Below, piece after piece: positions 52,728-63,499 of a stretch of DNA of 64,000 nt. Below the pieces are notes generated by a model. The model searched no databases and was not told where the DNA came from. It saw only the letters and a list, made by a program, of their open reading frames with translations. The stretch is from Candidatus Marinacidobacterales bacterium (GTDB lineage Bacteria > Acidobacteriota > Vicinamibacteria > Marinacidobacterales > SMYC01). Position numbers and translations under genes: made by a program. The stretch is taken from NCBI GenBank assembly GCA_965237955.1, contig OZ250169.1, forward strand, positions 2,496,001 to 2,560,000, given 5' to 3'. Position 1 is the first letter of the stretch, and each line of letters starts with the position of its first letter.

Positions 52728-54121
52728 GTCACGTCGCGTAGCATTTCCCGCACCGTCTCGAGGCCGAACGTGCTCCCGACGGGCATATCCGCGATCGACG
52801 TCATCACCGACGCGGCCAAATCCGCCTGATCGTAGGGAGGAGGAGGGGCGAGCGAACCTTTTTGGCGCGCTGCCACGACTTTCTCCAGAAACGCCATATA
52901 CGCGTCGGCTTCGTCCTCGAGCTTGTAGTACGACTCGACGTGCTCGCGGGCGAACCGGCCCATGGCCGCCCGCAGCTCGGGACGCTCGTGGAATAGTCGC
53001 AACGTGCCCGCAATCGCTTCTATTTCCGGAAGCCCGAGATCGATGCGTGCTACGGTGTGCTCGGGAAACTCGACGAACGGTCCCGTGTTCGACACCAGGA
53101 CCGGCTTTCCCATGCCGAGCGTGCGGATGAGCGTTCCCGAAAGCTCACCGGTAGAGGGGAAGCGCAAGTTCACGACGACGTCGCATGCGAGCATGTACAG
53201 GTAGAACCGATCCATCGGCTGGCGCCCCGCGAGGACGAGCCGGTCGCCGAGCTCGGCGACGAGAGCTGGGTTGAGTGCGTAGCCCTCTTGAACTTCGCCG
53301 ACAACGAGAAATCGCGCGTCCGTCGCTCGCGCACTGGTTGCGAGAAAACGCCGGAAGCCCTCGAGCGCGCGATCGATGCGCTTCGCGCGTGTCGCAAGCC
53401 CGAACGACGCGACCAGAAACGCTTCCTCCGGCAATCCGAGAACGCGCCTCGCTTCCGCCGGAGTGTCGACGACCCTCCGGGTCGCGGGATCGACCCCCCG
53501 CGAAGCGGGTTCTGAAAGACGCGGGGCAGGTGCATAGTGATGCGGAGCGCGCCCGATGAACTTTCCCACCGGAATCGAGCCGAAACGCCTCTCGAGCCAG
53601 CGTTGCATGAACCGGGTGAGGACGAGCACACCGTAACTGCGCTCGATTAACCGCTCACACAGTGGGAACTTCGAGGTGAGGAGCTCGCTACCGAGTGCGG
53701 CGGCAACCTGACGGCCGAGCGCGGCACCGCGCTCCCCGTAGGCGCGCTTCATCTCCGACACGTAGAGTGCGGTGTCACCTCGCTCGACCGACAGGCCGAG
53801 AAACAAATGTTGTAGGACGAGATCGTGCAAAACGACGACGCCTGGAAACCTGAGCGCGGCGTTGAGCGCATAACGGTGATAGGAGCTGTTACCAATTTGG
53901 TAGAGGTTGAGATCGAATGCCTCCCGCTGGTTGACGTGTTCGTACTCGTTGGCGGGATGCCACGGAAATTGCTCGACGATGGCGCGGTTATTCGGCTCGT
54001 AGTCGTCCACGAACAGATGGATGTCCGCGCCTTTGTCGGCGAGGTAGGGAAGAAGCTCTTCGCTGTAGTCGGCAATGCCGGTGCCTCGAGGAGAGAGCGG
54101 GCTCCAGTAGGCGAGCTTCAC
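52721..54121 (-). CDS. Glycosyltransferase family 4
   Basis: SPLSP..TGIADYS..LLP, YQIGNS.YH, VVLHD, NLRFPSTGE.SG. Confidence 0.88.
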   Translation of the reverse strand: MKLAYWSPLSPRGTGIADYSEELLPYLADKGADIHLFVDDYEPNNRAIVEQFPWHPANEYEHVNQREAFDLNLYQIGNSSYHRYALNAALRFPGVVVLHDLVLQHLFLGLSVERGDTALYVSEMKRAYGERGAALGRQVAAALGSELLTSKFPLCERLIERSYGVLVLTRFMQRWLERRFGSIPVGKFIGRAPHHYAPAPRLSEPASRGVDPATRRVVDTPAEARRVLGLPEEAFLVASFGLATRAKRIDRALEGFRRFLATSARATDARFLVVGEVQEGYALNPALVAELGDRLVLAGRQPMDRFYLYMLACDVVVNLRFPSTGELSGTLIRTLGMGKPVLVSNTGPFVEFPEHTVARIDLGLPEIEAIAGTLRLFHERPELRAAMGRFAREHVESYYKLEDEADAYMAFLEKVVAARQKGSLAPPPPYDQADLAASVMTSIADMPVGSTFGLETVREMLRDVTE

Positions 54122-55167
54122 CGAAGCGGCTCCGTGAGCGTATCGATGACGTGGTCCCATCCGATGCCTTCGACCTTGGGCCTGCCGGCCGCGCCCATGT
54201 CGCGGGCTTTCGAGCGGTCGGCATACAGTTTGTTGACAGCCGCTCCAAGAGCTTCCGCGTCCGGCTCGACGACGTAACCGGAGCGGCCGTCCTCGACGAA
54301 CTCGAGAGTGCCGCCGGAGTCGGTGCAGGTGATGACGGGCTTTCCCGACAAGAAAGCCTCCACGGTCACGTAGCCGTAGTCTTCGTCCACCGGGGCGTAG
54401 AGCACGCCGAACGCGCCCGCGTAGAGTGCGAGGAGCTCGTCGTCGGGAACGAACCCGGCGAAGCGCACTCGATCGCCGAGACCGAGCCGCTCGACTTGGC
54501 GTTCGAGGTTTTCTCGTTGTGGTCCGCGCCCGGCGATGACGAGGCGCGCGGGAGGATCCACGTGGCGGAACGACTCGATGAGAAGGTCGCAGCGTTTGAG
54601 CTGGTCGAGCCGCCCGGCGTAGAGGGCGTAGTCGCCGAACTCGCCTCGCTGGTACCGCCCCGCGTAGTGCGGCGGTGGGTAGAGCGGCTTGGAGCCGATG
54701 CCGTTGAATCGCTCGAGCCTCGCGGAGACGTTTTTCGAGATCGTGTAGATGTCCCGGGACTCACGCAGCGTCTTGTTGTCCATGTCGATGATGGTCTGGC
54801 GGATCTCTTGCTCTTCGGGATCGTCGGTGAAGCTGCAATAGGACGTGCCATAGAGATCGTAGACCTCACGGTGTTGGTGGAATAGCCACGTTACTTTCAG
54901 CGGATGCTTGACGAGGTACGAGGGAAACTTGGTCGGGATCACCATGTCGATGGGCGCGCCGTTCGACTCGGTGACTTCGGCGAAGCGCCACATCAGCGCT
55001 TGTTTGACGATATCTATTACCGGATACCACTTGAACGGGATGTTCACGACGTCGACGAGGAAGCCGCGCGCCTTCAGCTGCTGGCTGAGCTCACCGACGA
55101 GCATCTCGGCGCCGCCGGTAATGAACGGCGCCTGGACGGAGCAAACGCAGATGCTTCGCCGGGCCAT
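54118..55167 (-). CDS. Glycosyltransferase family 4
   Basis: PFITGGAE, YAGRLD.LKR, EDYGYVTVEAF. Confidence 0.92.
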   Translation of the reverse strand: MARRSICVCSVQAPFITGGAEMLVGELSQQLKARGFLVDVVNIPFKWYPVIDIVKQALMWRFAEVTESNGAPIDMVIPTKFPSYLVKHPLKVTWLFHQHREVYDLYGTSYCSFTDDPEEQEIRQTIIDMDNKTLRESRDIYTISKNVSARLERFNGIGSKPLYPPPHYAGRYQRGEFGDYALYAGRLDQLKRCDLLIESFRHVDPPARLVIAGRGPQRENLERQVERLGLGDRVRFAGFVPDDELLALYAGAFGVLYAPVDEDYGYVTVEAFLSGKPVITCTDSGGTLEFVEDGRSGYVVEPDAEALGAAVNKLYADRSKARDMGAAGRPKVEGIGWDHVIDTLTEPLR

Positions 55168-55173
55168 GTGCGA

Positions 55174-55818
55174 TTAAGGCTCTTTGTCGCTGGTTGCGGC
55201 GAGGGTCTCGAGACGTTTCGCGAGGTCTTTGAGCTCTTCGCGCGTTTCCCGGAGAGCGCTGTCGATCTGGAGATGGTTTGTCTCCGCCGTTTCGAACACG
55301 AACTCGATACGCTCGACGAGATCATGCACGTGGCGGATGAGCTCCTGCTGCAGGATCAGGTGCCGCTCGTCGATCTCTTCCATGCGCTTTCCGTGTAGCC
55401 CGAGCACGTGGTCGTAGTGGCGTCCCATTCGATCGAGCCGCGCGTCCACGTATTCGATCACCTCGTTGTCGAAGCGAACCTGCGCCGAATTCATTTGGAC
55501 CTGGCGTTCCACGACGGGTCCCAGGGCGAAGCGCTGAAGTAGCCGCCGGAATGGCGAAAACAGCGCTCCCAGGAAACCCTGTGGTTTGGCGCTGGCCACG
55601 TTCCACAGCGAGTTCAGGTCGTCGCGCGCGGGCGAGGAAACATTTTCGGAGGTGTCCTCGACGGCGATCTTCGCGAGCGCCGCAGTGGTCTTCGTTGCGT
55701 CTACCTGCTCCGGCATAGAGGGCCGCGCTTCGGGAGCGTCGCGAGCATCGCTCCGTACGGAGCGCAGGCTAGCGATCAGCTCACGCCGCTCGTCATCGGT
55801 TGGGCGGGTTGGGCTCAC
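55174..55818 (-). CDS. Hypothetical coiled-coil protein in GT operon
   Basis: PFRRLLQR...QVQMN..Q..F pattern; co-oriented and closely spaced with the GT genes. Confidence 0.7.
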   Translation of the reverse strand: MSPTRPTDDERRELIASLRSVRSDARDAPEARPSMPEQVDATKTTAALAKIAVEDTSENVSSPARDDLNSLWNVASAKPQGFLGALFSPFRRLLQRFALGPVVERQVQMNSAQVRFDNEVIEYVDARLDRMGRHYDHVLGLHGKRMEEIDERHLILQQELIRHVHDLVERIEFVFETAETNHLQIDSALRETREELKDLAKRLETLAATSDKEP

Positions 55819-56125
55819 CTGGCAAGTTTCTAATGTCCCATTTCGGCTGTCAATGAATTATGAGGGGTCATCCCCTCACTGAGACCGAATTTCGTAAAAA
55901 GGGTTTACATAAACATGACTAATATAGTAATATATAATCGTTCTTTCATAGGCGGTAAAAAGTGGACAGAGACTGTAAAGTTTCCAGGCTTTGTACGCCC
56001 CGAAGAAATTACAGTTTTTGCGCTAACCTGTTGTTTCTGAATAGCTTAATGTGGTGCGGTGTTTTTGGCACGGAACGTGAAGATACGGTTGACAGGGAAG
56101 CGATTGAGGAAAGGACAGGAATCAT

Positions 56126-57103
56126 ATGAGAGCACCGACGATTGCAGTCCCCGAGGAAGAGCTCGAGCTCGGTAAAACCCGTGCTGACGTCAAAAAGCGC
56201 GCCGAAGGGGCTGAACCGGCTACAGAGCTCGACGTACTGGGACAGTACCTCAAGGAGACGCACCGTTATCCTCTGCTTTCGCGCGAGGAAGAACAGAAAG
56301 TGTCGCGCGCTATGCGTCGCTCCGAAGCGGTTCTGAACGAGAAGAAGTCGGGCGCCGGACGACGCGGCGCGCGCAAGGAGTTCGACGACACCCGCGCCAC
56401 GATGATCGAGAGCAACCTCCGTCTCGTGGTCTCCATCGCCAAGCGTTACAAGAACATGGGGATGGAGCTCTCGGACCTCGTGCAGGAGGGCAATATCGGC
56501 CTCATGCAAGCGGTCGAGCGCTTCGATCCTCGCCGGAACCTCAAGTTCTCGACCTACGCGACGTGGTGGATCCGCCAGGCGATCACGAGAGCGCTGTCGC
56601 AGAAGTCGCGCACCATCAAAGTGCCGATCAACAAGCTCGAGATGGTACGCGTGGCGACCCGGGCCAAGAACAAGCTCCAGGAAAAGGACGGCAAAGAGCC
56701 GTCCATGAAAGAGATTGCCAAGGCCGTGGGAGCTCCCGAGCAGCAAGTCGAGACCGCGATGAAGTCGATCCCGCATCTCGAGTCGTTGGACGCGCTTGCC
56801 GTCGAGGACGGAAGCCCCCGCTGGGAGCTCCAGTCCGACGAGCGTTCCGAGACACCGTGGCAGGTCGTTCTCGATCGGGACATGCGCGAGAAAGTTCGCT
56901 CGGCACTCGAGCTACTCCCGCCGAGGCAGCAGCTCATCGTACGCATGCGTTTCGGCATCGGCTTCAACACCGAGTACAACCTCGAGGAGATTGGCAAGGT
57001 GTTGAACCTCACGCGCGAGCGTGTTCGCCAGCTCGAGGTCGAGGCGCTCCGCCGCCTCCGGGCCGCGGGCAACCGGCGCGCGCTTCACGATTACATTCAG
57101 TAA
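56126..57103 (+). CDS. Sigma70-family factor (RpoD/RpoS-like, lacking region 1.1)
   Basis: NLRLVVSIAKRY, DLVQEGNIGL, FSTYATWWIRQAI, TRERVRQLE..AL. Confidence 0.93.
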   Translation: MRAPTIAVPEEELELGKTRADVKKRAEGAEPATELDVLGQYLKETHRYPLLSREEEQKVSRAMRRSEAVLNEKKSGAGRRGARKEFDDTRATMIESNLRLVVSIAKRYKNMGMELSDLVQEGNIGLMQAVERFDPRRNLKFSTYATWWIRQAITRALSQKSRTIKVPINKLEMVRVATRAKNKLQEKDGKEPSMKEIAKAVGAPEQQVETAMKSIPHLESLDALAVEDGSPRWELQSDERSETPWQVVLDRDMREKVRSALELLPPRQQLIVRMRFGIGFNTEYNLEEIGKVLNLTRERVRQLEVEALRRLRAAGNRRALHDYIQ

Positions 57104-57116
57104 TAATAGTGGCTGG

Positions 57117-57153
57117 AAAAAGGCGTGAAGTCCGTTGGGCTCACGCCTTTTTT
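57117..57153 (+). terminator. Bidirectional rho-independent terminator
   Basis: AAAAAGGCGTGA...TCACGCCTTTTTT. Confidence 0.8.
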
Positions 57154-57283
57154 GTGTCTCGTATACGGCATACGGCATACGGTTCAAACTGGCCGTGCCG
57201 GTTTGGGGCGCCTTCGCCAGATTCTGCGTTGTGCCGGTAGTGCGCGCTTCTTGACCCCTGCCCCGAGTCGTATTTAGGTAGAT

Positions 57284-58417
57284 TTACCAACTCTGAGCGA
57301 AGTCTACCAGGATGTCACGGCAGCAGCAGATTTGTTCGGTGTCGCCCCACTCTTCTAGGCCGTGGAGGCCGGCGCCTCCGGGGCCGAAGACTACGGCGGG
57401 GATGCCGGCTTCGGCGAGGAGGGCGGAGTCGGTCCAGCCGGTCATGCCTACGAGGCTGCATGGGCCTTGCGTGCGCTCGACGGCCTCTTTGAGGCTTTGG
57501 GGGAGTGCGTCTTGCTTCGGATATCTCGAATGCGGGGCGGAATAGGCTCAAATCGAGCTCTGCTTCGAATGGGGGTCGCGGCCCAGGGCTTCGAGGATCT
57601 GCGCCATCTCACGGAGAATGCCATGGCGCGTCTCGCCGGGACGTGTCCGTCGCTCCAGGTCGAGCTCACACACATCGGGATAGGTGGACAGCTCGCGCCC
57701 GCCGCGGATCAGAGACGCGTGGACGGATGCGGTGCCGAGGAGCGCGTGCGGTGGGCGCCGGGAAAGCTCGACGCTATGAGCTTCGATGGCGCCGAGGACG
57801 CGGCCCATGTGAGCGATCGCGTCCACCCCTTCCGTGGGTCGACTTCCGTGAGCGGCCACCCCTCGCGTCACCAGGTGCATCCACGCGAAGCCCTTGTGGG
57901 CCACGACAACGTCCAGCTCGGACGGCTCGAACACGATCGCCATGTCGGTGGTGCGGATTCCCCACGTGAGGAGCGCGTCCGTGCCGGCTGAGTAAGCTTC
58001 CTTGTCGGCGACGCCGGCCACGATGACATCGCCCTTGGGTGGTGACTTTGACAGCACCACTGCCCCCGCGAGCATGGCGGCGAGCCCGCCTTTGACGTCT
58101 TGCGCCCCGCGCCCGAGAAGCCGGTCATCCTCGATGGCGCCCGAGAACGGCTCGCTCATGCCTTCGACGCTCACCGTGTCGAGATGACAGCACAGGAGAA
58201 TGCTCGGACCGCCACCGGTGCCGGCGATACGGGCCATGACATTGGGTCGGCCCGGTAGCGCGTCGCGGAGCTCGACGTCGAGCCCGCGGTTCTCGAGAAA
58301 ACCGGCAACGAAGTGCGCGAGCGCGGCTTCGCCTGCGGCGCCGGGCACGAGGCTCGGGTTCACCGAGTCGATGCGGACGAGGCGCTGGGCGAGTTCGAGG
58401 GTCTCCCGATCGTTCAA
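57284..58417 (-). pseudogene. M20 ArgE/DapE-family deacylase, frameshifted
   Basis: HLDTV, GRGAQDVKGG, HGSRP; conserved EE appears as KE; C-terminal WTDSALL..GIPAVVFGP..GLH lies in another frame. Confidence 0.8.
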
Positions 58418-58439
58418 GGCTGTATCATAGAGGCCGCTC

Positions 58440-58865
58440 ATGGCTGTGACCACCGTTCGTCGGTCGCTCGATTCGCGCGGCCACGGGCACATTCTCGATA
58501 TCACCTCTGATGTCGCCGAGGCTGTGCGCGATGCGGAGCTGAACCAGGGGGTGGCGACCGTCTTCGTGACCGGCTCGACCGCGGGGCTGACGACCATCGA
58601 GTACGAGCCCGGACTCGTTCACGATCTCATCGCCGCGTTCGAGCGCCTCTACCCGCAAGCGATGGAGTATCGGCACCATGAGAGGTGGGGCGACGACAAC
58701 GGACATAGCCACGTACGTGCGTCGATGCTCGGCCCGTCGCTCGCCGTCCCATTCGTCGATGACGAGCTGACGCTCGGTACCTGGCAGCAGATCATTCTCG
58801 TCGATTTCGACACCCGCCCACGCTCCCGGGAGTTCCTGATCCAAATGATCGGAGAAACGAGTTAG
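58440..58865 (+). CDS. yjbQ: YjbQ (UPF0047) family protein
   Basis: GSTAGLTTIEYEPGL, NGHSHVRA, LGTWQQI. Confidence 0.92.
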   Translation: MAVTTVRRSLDSRGHGHILDITSDVAEAVRDAELNQGVATVFVTGSTAGLTTIEYEPGLVHDLIAAFERLYPQAMEYRHHERWGDDNGHSHVRASMLGPSLAVPFVDDELTLGTWQQIILVDFDTRPRSREFLIQMIGETS

Positions 58866-58867
58866 CC

Positions 58868-59175
58868 TCACGTTTCGGAAGCGTGAGCCTGACGCGCTCG
58901 ATAGCGCATGTTCAAAAGCTCAATGCCGAGACTGAAGATCATGGCGAAGTAGACGTAACCGCGCTCGAAGTGCTGCCCCGTTCCCTCGGCCACGAGCAAA
59001 ACGCCGATCATCACGAGAAACGACAGCGCGAGAATCTTGCTGCTCGGATGCTCCTCGACGAAGTCCCCGACAGGCGCCGCGAACACGAGCATGACGATGA
59101 CCGAGAGGATCACCGCCACGACCATGATTTCTAGATGCGGCACCATTCACCAGGAGTCGAAAGTATCTCGAGCAT
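58868..59175 (-). pseudogene. TerC-family protein, internally deleted
   Basis: C-terminal [32 protein letters not shown]; orphan start MLEILSTP at 59175 out of frame. Confidence 0.78.
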
Positions 59176-59269
59176 GGAGGGGGCTACTTCCTTAGCGGCG
59201 GCGCTCGCAAGAGTATGCTAGGGTTCCGCCGATTACCCACGAGTATCTAGACCACCGAAGGGGGTTCCC

Positions 59270-60409
59270 ATGACGCTACGTTGGTTCGTTCTCACTGTGA
59301 TGATCGTGGCCGTCTTGGCGGGCGTGGCCTGGACTGCCGCCGACGATCCCGTCGCCACCGACATGGAACAAGGCGCCCAACGTTTTCTGCGAGCACTCGA
59401 TACCGGAAAGCGCGCGCAGGCGACGATCGCCTTCTCCGATGAAGAGCGCTACAACTTCCACTACATCCCGAGAGAGCGCCAAGGAATTCCATACAAGAGC
59501 ATGACGCCGGCGGAGCGCAAGCTCTCACACTCTCTCCTTGCGACCGGAGTGAGCCACCATGGCTTTGGAAGAGCGCTCGGCATCATGTACCTCGATCAGA
59601 TTCTGTTCGAGATCGAGAACAACGCCATCCGCGATGCGGACGCCTACTACGTCACCGTCTTCGGTGAACCGACCGCCGGCGCCGATTGGGGCTGGCGCGT
59701 CGAAGGCCACCACTTGTCGTTAAACTTTACCCTGCGCGACGGACGTGTCGTCTCGAGCTTTCCTTCTTTTTGGGGCGCGAATCCTGCGATCGTTCTTTCC
59801 GGGCCACAGAAAGGGATGCGCGTTCTTGCGGAAGAGGAGCTCTACGGGCGCGCGTTGTTGCACTCTTTCGATGAGCGCGGCTCAGTCATCATCGAAGCTG
59901 ACGCACCACGAGACATCATCACGGCGGCCGAGCGTCGCGTCGAGATCGGCGCTCCCGCGGGTATCGCGGTTGCGACCATGGGTTTCGAGCAGAAGGCGGC
60001 GCTCGAGAAGCTCATCGAGCTCTACGCCCATCGGCTACGTCCCGAGCTCGCCGAGGCGGAGATGCGGAAAATACACGAAGCCGGTCTCGACCGGGTTCAC
60101 TTCGCGTGGGCGGGAAGCTCCGACGTGGGCGAGCCGCACTACTACCGCATCCATGGGCCGACATTTCTCATCGAGTACGACAACACGCAAAACGACGCCA
60201 ACCACATTCACACGGTGTGGCGCGATCCTTCCGGGGACTGGGGCGACGCGGACCCGTTATCCGATCACTATGCGCGGAGCAGGCATCACGAATCCGCCGT
60301 CAGCCATCAGCCGAATCGGCCATCAGCCGTCGGCCATCAGCCATCCGCCACTGAACGTCTCGCCTCCGAGACCGGCGCCGTCGACCGGCAACGCTGTCGC
60401 TACTCTTGA
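59270..60409 (+). CDS. DUF3500 domain protein, secreted
   Basis: WGWRVEGHHLSLNF, HFAWAG, HYYRIHGPTFLIEYDN, NHIHTVWRD. Confidence 0.88.
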   Translation: MTLRWFVLTVMIVAVLAGVAWTAADDPVATDMEQGAQRFLRALDTGKRAQATIAFSDEERYNFHYIPRERQGIPYKSMTPAERKLSHSLLATGVSHHGFGRALGIMYLDQILFEIENNAIRDADAYYVTVFGEPTAGADWGWRVEGHHLSLNFTLRDGRVVSSFPSFWGANPAIVLSGPQKGMRVLAEEELYGRALLHSFDERGSVIIEADAPRDIITAAERRVEIGAPAGIAVATMGFEQKAALEKLIELYAHRLRPELAEAEMRKIHEAGLDRVHFAWAGSSDVGEPHYYRIHGPTFLIEYDNTQNDANHIHTVWRDPSGDWGDADPLSDHYARSRHHESAVSHQPNRPSAVGHQPSATERLASETGAVDRQRCRYS

Positions 60410-60460
60410 GCACAAGAATTTCCCTCGACGCCCCTGCTGATGGCTGATGGCCGATGGCGG
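60296..60460. repeat. Inverted heptamer-repeat element (GCCATCA)n ... (TGATGGC)n
   Basis: Tandem heptamers in inverted arms; related units at 49134-49169. Confidence 0.65.
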
Positions 60461-60467
60461 GTTAGAC

Positions 60468-60600
60468 CTAGTCCCCTGGATCTTTGATTACTATACAAAG
60501 TTAGGCTTTTCGCCAGCCCATAAGATCCATAAGATTCATGCACTTAGAATGGTTTCGGCAAGCTCTGCTTTATCTAGTTTGTTCTGATACAGGGGACTAG
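60468..60600. mobile_element. 133-bp MITE, copy 2
   Basis: Reverse complement of 21572-21704 with about 3 differences. Confidence 0.85.
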
Positions 60601-61988
60601 CCGAGCCCAGACAAGGGTTCTTCTTCCTGGTCTTTGCGCTTTCTCGGATCGGAGAGCGCGTAGTCCTTGATCTTTTTGTCGAGGGTGGGCCGGGTGATAC
60701 CGAGGATCTCGCTCGTGCGCGACTTGTTCCACCGCGTCTGCTTCAACACGTGATCGATGTAGCGATGCTCCATCTCTTTCATGCTGGTGAGCTCCTCGGT
60801 AATGAGACCGGCGCTGCTCTCCGTCGAACGCAACAGCGGTAGATGCTCGGCAAGCAGTACGTCCCCGTGGGCGAGGGTGACCGCGCGCGTCAGCGCGTTC
60901 TCGAGCTCGCGGATGTTACCTTTCCAGTCGTAGTTCACGAGCATCTTCATGACGCTCTCCGGCACTTTGCCAACGTTCGTGTGCAGCTGCCGGTTGATCT
61001 TCTCGAGGAGATACGCTACGAGATCGGGAATGTCCTCACGTCTTTCCCGAAGCGCAGGAAGCTTGATCTCGACCACCTTCAAACGGTAGTACAAATCCTC
61101 CCGGAAGCTACCCTCGCGCACCAGCTCTTCGAGGTTGCGATTGGTCGCCGCCACGATGCGGGCCTCGGTGCGCTGGGTCTTCTCGTCGCCGACGCGCGCG
61201 AACTCGCGGTTCTCCACGACCCGCAGGAGCTTCGACTGGAGATTCGGTGAGATGTCTCCGATCTCGTCGAGAAAGAGCGTTCCTTTCTGCGCGATCTCGA
61301 TCTTGCCTCGGTTGTCGCGCACGGCCCCGGTGAACGCGCCGCGCACGTGGCCGAAGAGCTCGCTTTCGAGAACACCTTCCGCGAGCGCCGTACAGTTCAC
61401 CGCGACGAACGGCTCTTCGCGGTTGACCGAGTTGTAATGGATGGCGCGCGCGACGAGCTCTTTGCCCGTTCCCGATTCACCGCGGATGAGCACCGTCGTC
61501 GTGCTTCGTGACAACATCCCGATGGTCTTGAACACGTCGCGCATCTCGGTAGTGCGCCCGACGATATTGTCGATGCTCCACGCCTGAGACGCCTCGGTTA
61601 CGAGGTAGTCGAGCTTCGTATCCATTTCCTGCATCCGCTGCGCCTTGCGGATACTCAGAAGGAGCTCGTCGTAGTCGATGGGTTTGCAGATGTATTCGAA
61701 CGCCCCGACCTTCATCGCTTCGACCGTGGTCTTCATGTCGTCGAACGCCGTGATCATGATGACGTAGGCTTTGCCATCCATTTCGCGGATGCGTTTCAAC
61801 ACGTCGATACCGCCCATGACTGGGAGGTGGATGTCGAGGATCACGAGGTCGGGCCGCACCTGCTCGAACTGCTCGACGCCTTCGCCTCCATCGGCGGCAA
61901 GCGATACGTCGAAGCCTTCGGTCGTTAGGTGGCTTTTGAACGTCTGTCGGATTAGCCGGTTGTCATCAATGACTAGGATGGACTTCAT
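60597..61988 (-). CDS. Sigma54-dependent response regulator (NtrC family)
   Basis: Receiver domain, GESGTGKE, GAFTGA, FREDLYYRL, Fis HTH. Confidence 0.95.
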   Translation of the reverse strand: MKSILVIDDNRLIRQTFKSHLTTEGFDVSLAADGGEGVEQFEQVRPDLVILDIHLPVMGGIDVLKRIREMDGKAYVIMITAFDDMKTTVEAMKVGAFEYICKPIDYDELLLSIRKAQRMQEMDTKLDYLVTEASQAWSIDNIVGRTTEMRDVFKTIGMLSRSTTTVLIRGESGTGKELVARAIHYNSVNREEPFVAVNCTALAEGVLESELFGHVRGAFTGAVRDNRGKIEIAQKGTLFLDEIGDISPNLQSKLLRVVENREFARVGDEKTQRTEARIVAATNRNLEELVREGSFREDLYYRLKVVEIKLPALRERREDIPDLVAYLLEKINRQLHTNVGKVPESVMKMLVNYDWKGNIRELENALTRAVTLAHGDVLLAEHLPLLRSTESSAGLITEELTSMKEMEHRYIDHVLKQTRWNKSRTSEILGITRPTLDKKIKDYALSDPRKRKDQEEEPLSGLG

Positions 61989-63495
61989 GGATCTCCGTGA
62001 AACTTTCGCTATCGTCCGAGGCGCGGGTTGGTGTCGATGGTGTGTACGGAAGGCGAATCGTTATCGTGGTCCCCACGTTCGGTTCGCTCGCGACCTCGAT
62101 GCTGCCGCCATGAAGCTCTATTACTTTGCGGGCGTTCGTCAGGCCGAGGCCCGTGCCGAGGCTTTTGGTCGTAAAGAACGGATCGAAGATAGCTTTGAAG
62201 TCACCCTCTCTGATGCCGGCGCCGTCGTCTTCGATGGTCACCACCGCCCACGTGCCTGAATCCGTGTCGTGCAGTTTCGTCGCCACGTGGATGACGCCGT
62301 AATAGGAGACCGCTTCGGTCGCGTTCAAGAGCGTGTTCAAAAACGCCGAGCGGAGCTGATCGCCGTCGACTTCGATGGGCGCGAGGTTCGCGTAGTCTTT
62401 GACGAGCTCGATGCGCTTTTCTTCGACGGGCTCTTCCACGAACCGGATCGCATCCTCCACGAGATTCTCCAACTCGAACCTCTCTTTGTGGAGCTGAGGC
62501 GCTCGGGCATAGCTCAAGATGTCCTTGACGAGCTTTTCCACCTGCTGGACTCCGGTTTCCGCAATGCCTATCTGCTCGCGCTCGACATCGTTCAGTGCCG
62601 GGTGCTGGCCAATCTTCTGGATGTTGAGCTTGACCGCCGTCAGCGGGTTTCGAATTTCGTGCGCTAGAGCTGCTGCCAGGCGGCCGATGGTGGCGAGCTT
62701 CTCGGCTTCCGAGAGCTTTGTCGAAGCCTCTTCGAGCTTTTCGCGATCGTCGAGGATCTGCGCCGTCATGCGATTGAAGTTCGCCGCGAGCTCGCCGATC
62801 TCGTCTCCGGGCGGGATGTCGATGCGATGTTGCAAATCACCGTGGGCGACGCGGATGGTTCCTTCGACGAGGCTTTCGAGCGGACGGCTGATGCGGTTCG
62901 CGAGAAAGACCGAGCCGAGTGCACCAAAAGTGAGTCCGAGAAAACCGAGGCTGATGAGGCCGAGGCGCGTTCGCTGGATCTCGGCGTTCACTTCCTCGAG
63001 TGATAGCCCGAGTTTGACCGCGCCCCAGAGCTCGTCCTCGACGAATACAGGGGCGATGACCTCGAGAACCTCGACGTTGCGCCCGTCAGTCGATTCGAAA
63101 CCCAGCTCTCCCTTGAGGACTCGGCCGCGCTCGAGGCGCCCCATCTCTGCGCCCAGCTCGAACAGCTCCTCCGGGAAAAGCTCGCGCGCCGCTTTGTTCG
63201 CGGCCAAGGTCCGCGCATCGCGATTGAAGATGATCGCAAAGAGCACGTCCTCGTCTTCAGTAACGCGCTCGACGTTTTGCTGTAGCGCGACGAGATCGTA
63301 GAACATCAGCCGGTTCTCCGACAGATCGGCCATCATCTGCGCGATTGCGGAGGCATGCTCTTCGGCGCGTTCTTTCAAAGCCGCCGTCCGTTCCATCTCG
63401 ACGAAGAAGATGACCACACTCATCAGGAGAGTGATGAGCGCCGTGGAGCTCAGAATGAAGCGATCCCGCAGTCCCAGCGGAGCAATGCGCCACAT
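61966..63495 (-). CDS. HAMP-containing sensor histidine kinase
   Basis: Two TMs, DEIGELAANFN HAMP, LAHEIRNPL H-box, DDGAGI, FFTTK..GTGLGL. Confidence 0.95.
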   Translation of the reverse strand: MWRIAPLGLRDRFILSSTALITLLMSVVIFFVEMERTAALKERAEEHASAIAQMMADLSENRLMFYDLVALQQNVERVTEDEDVLFAIIFNRDARTLAANKAARELFPEELFELGAEMGRLERGRVLKGELGFESTDGRNVEVLEVIAPVFVEDELWGAVKLGLSLEEVNAEIQRTRLGLISLGFLGLTFGALGSVFLANRISRPLESLVEGTIRVAHGDLQHRIDIPPGDEIGELAANFNRMTAQILDDREKLEEASTKLSEAEKLATIGRLAAALAHEIRNPLTAVKLNIQKIGQHPALNDVEREQIGIAETGVQQVEKLVKDILSYARAPQLHKERFELENLVEDAIRFVEEPVEEKRIELVKDYANLAPIEVDGDQLRSAFLNTLLNATEAVSYYGVIHVATKLHDTDSGTWAVVTIEDDGAGIREGDFKAIFDPFFTTKSLGTGLGLTNARKVIELHGGSIEVASEPNVGTTITIRLPYTPSTPTRASDDSESFTEIHEVHPSH

Positions 63496-63499
63496 GATG

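Noticed and set aside
60296-60460. Short repeats as a CRISPR array
   Set aside because: Units are 6-8 nt tandem with no unique spacers, and no cas genes are present.
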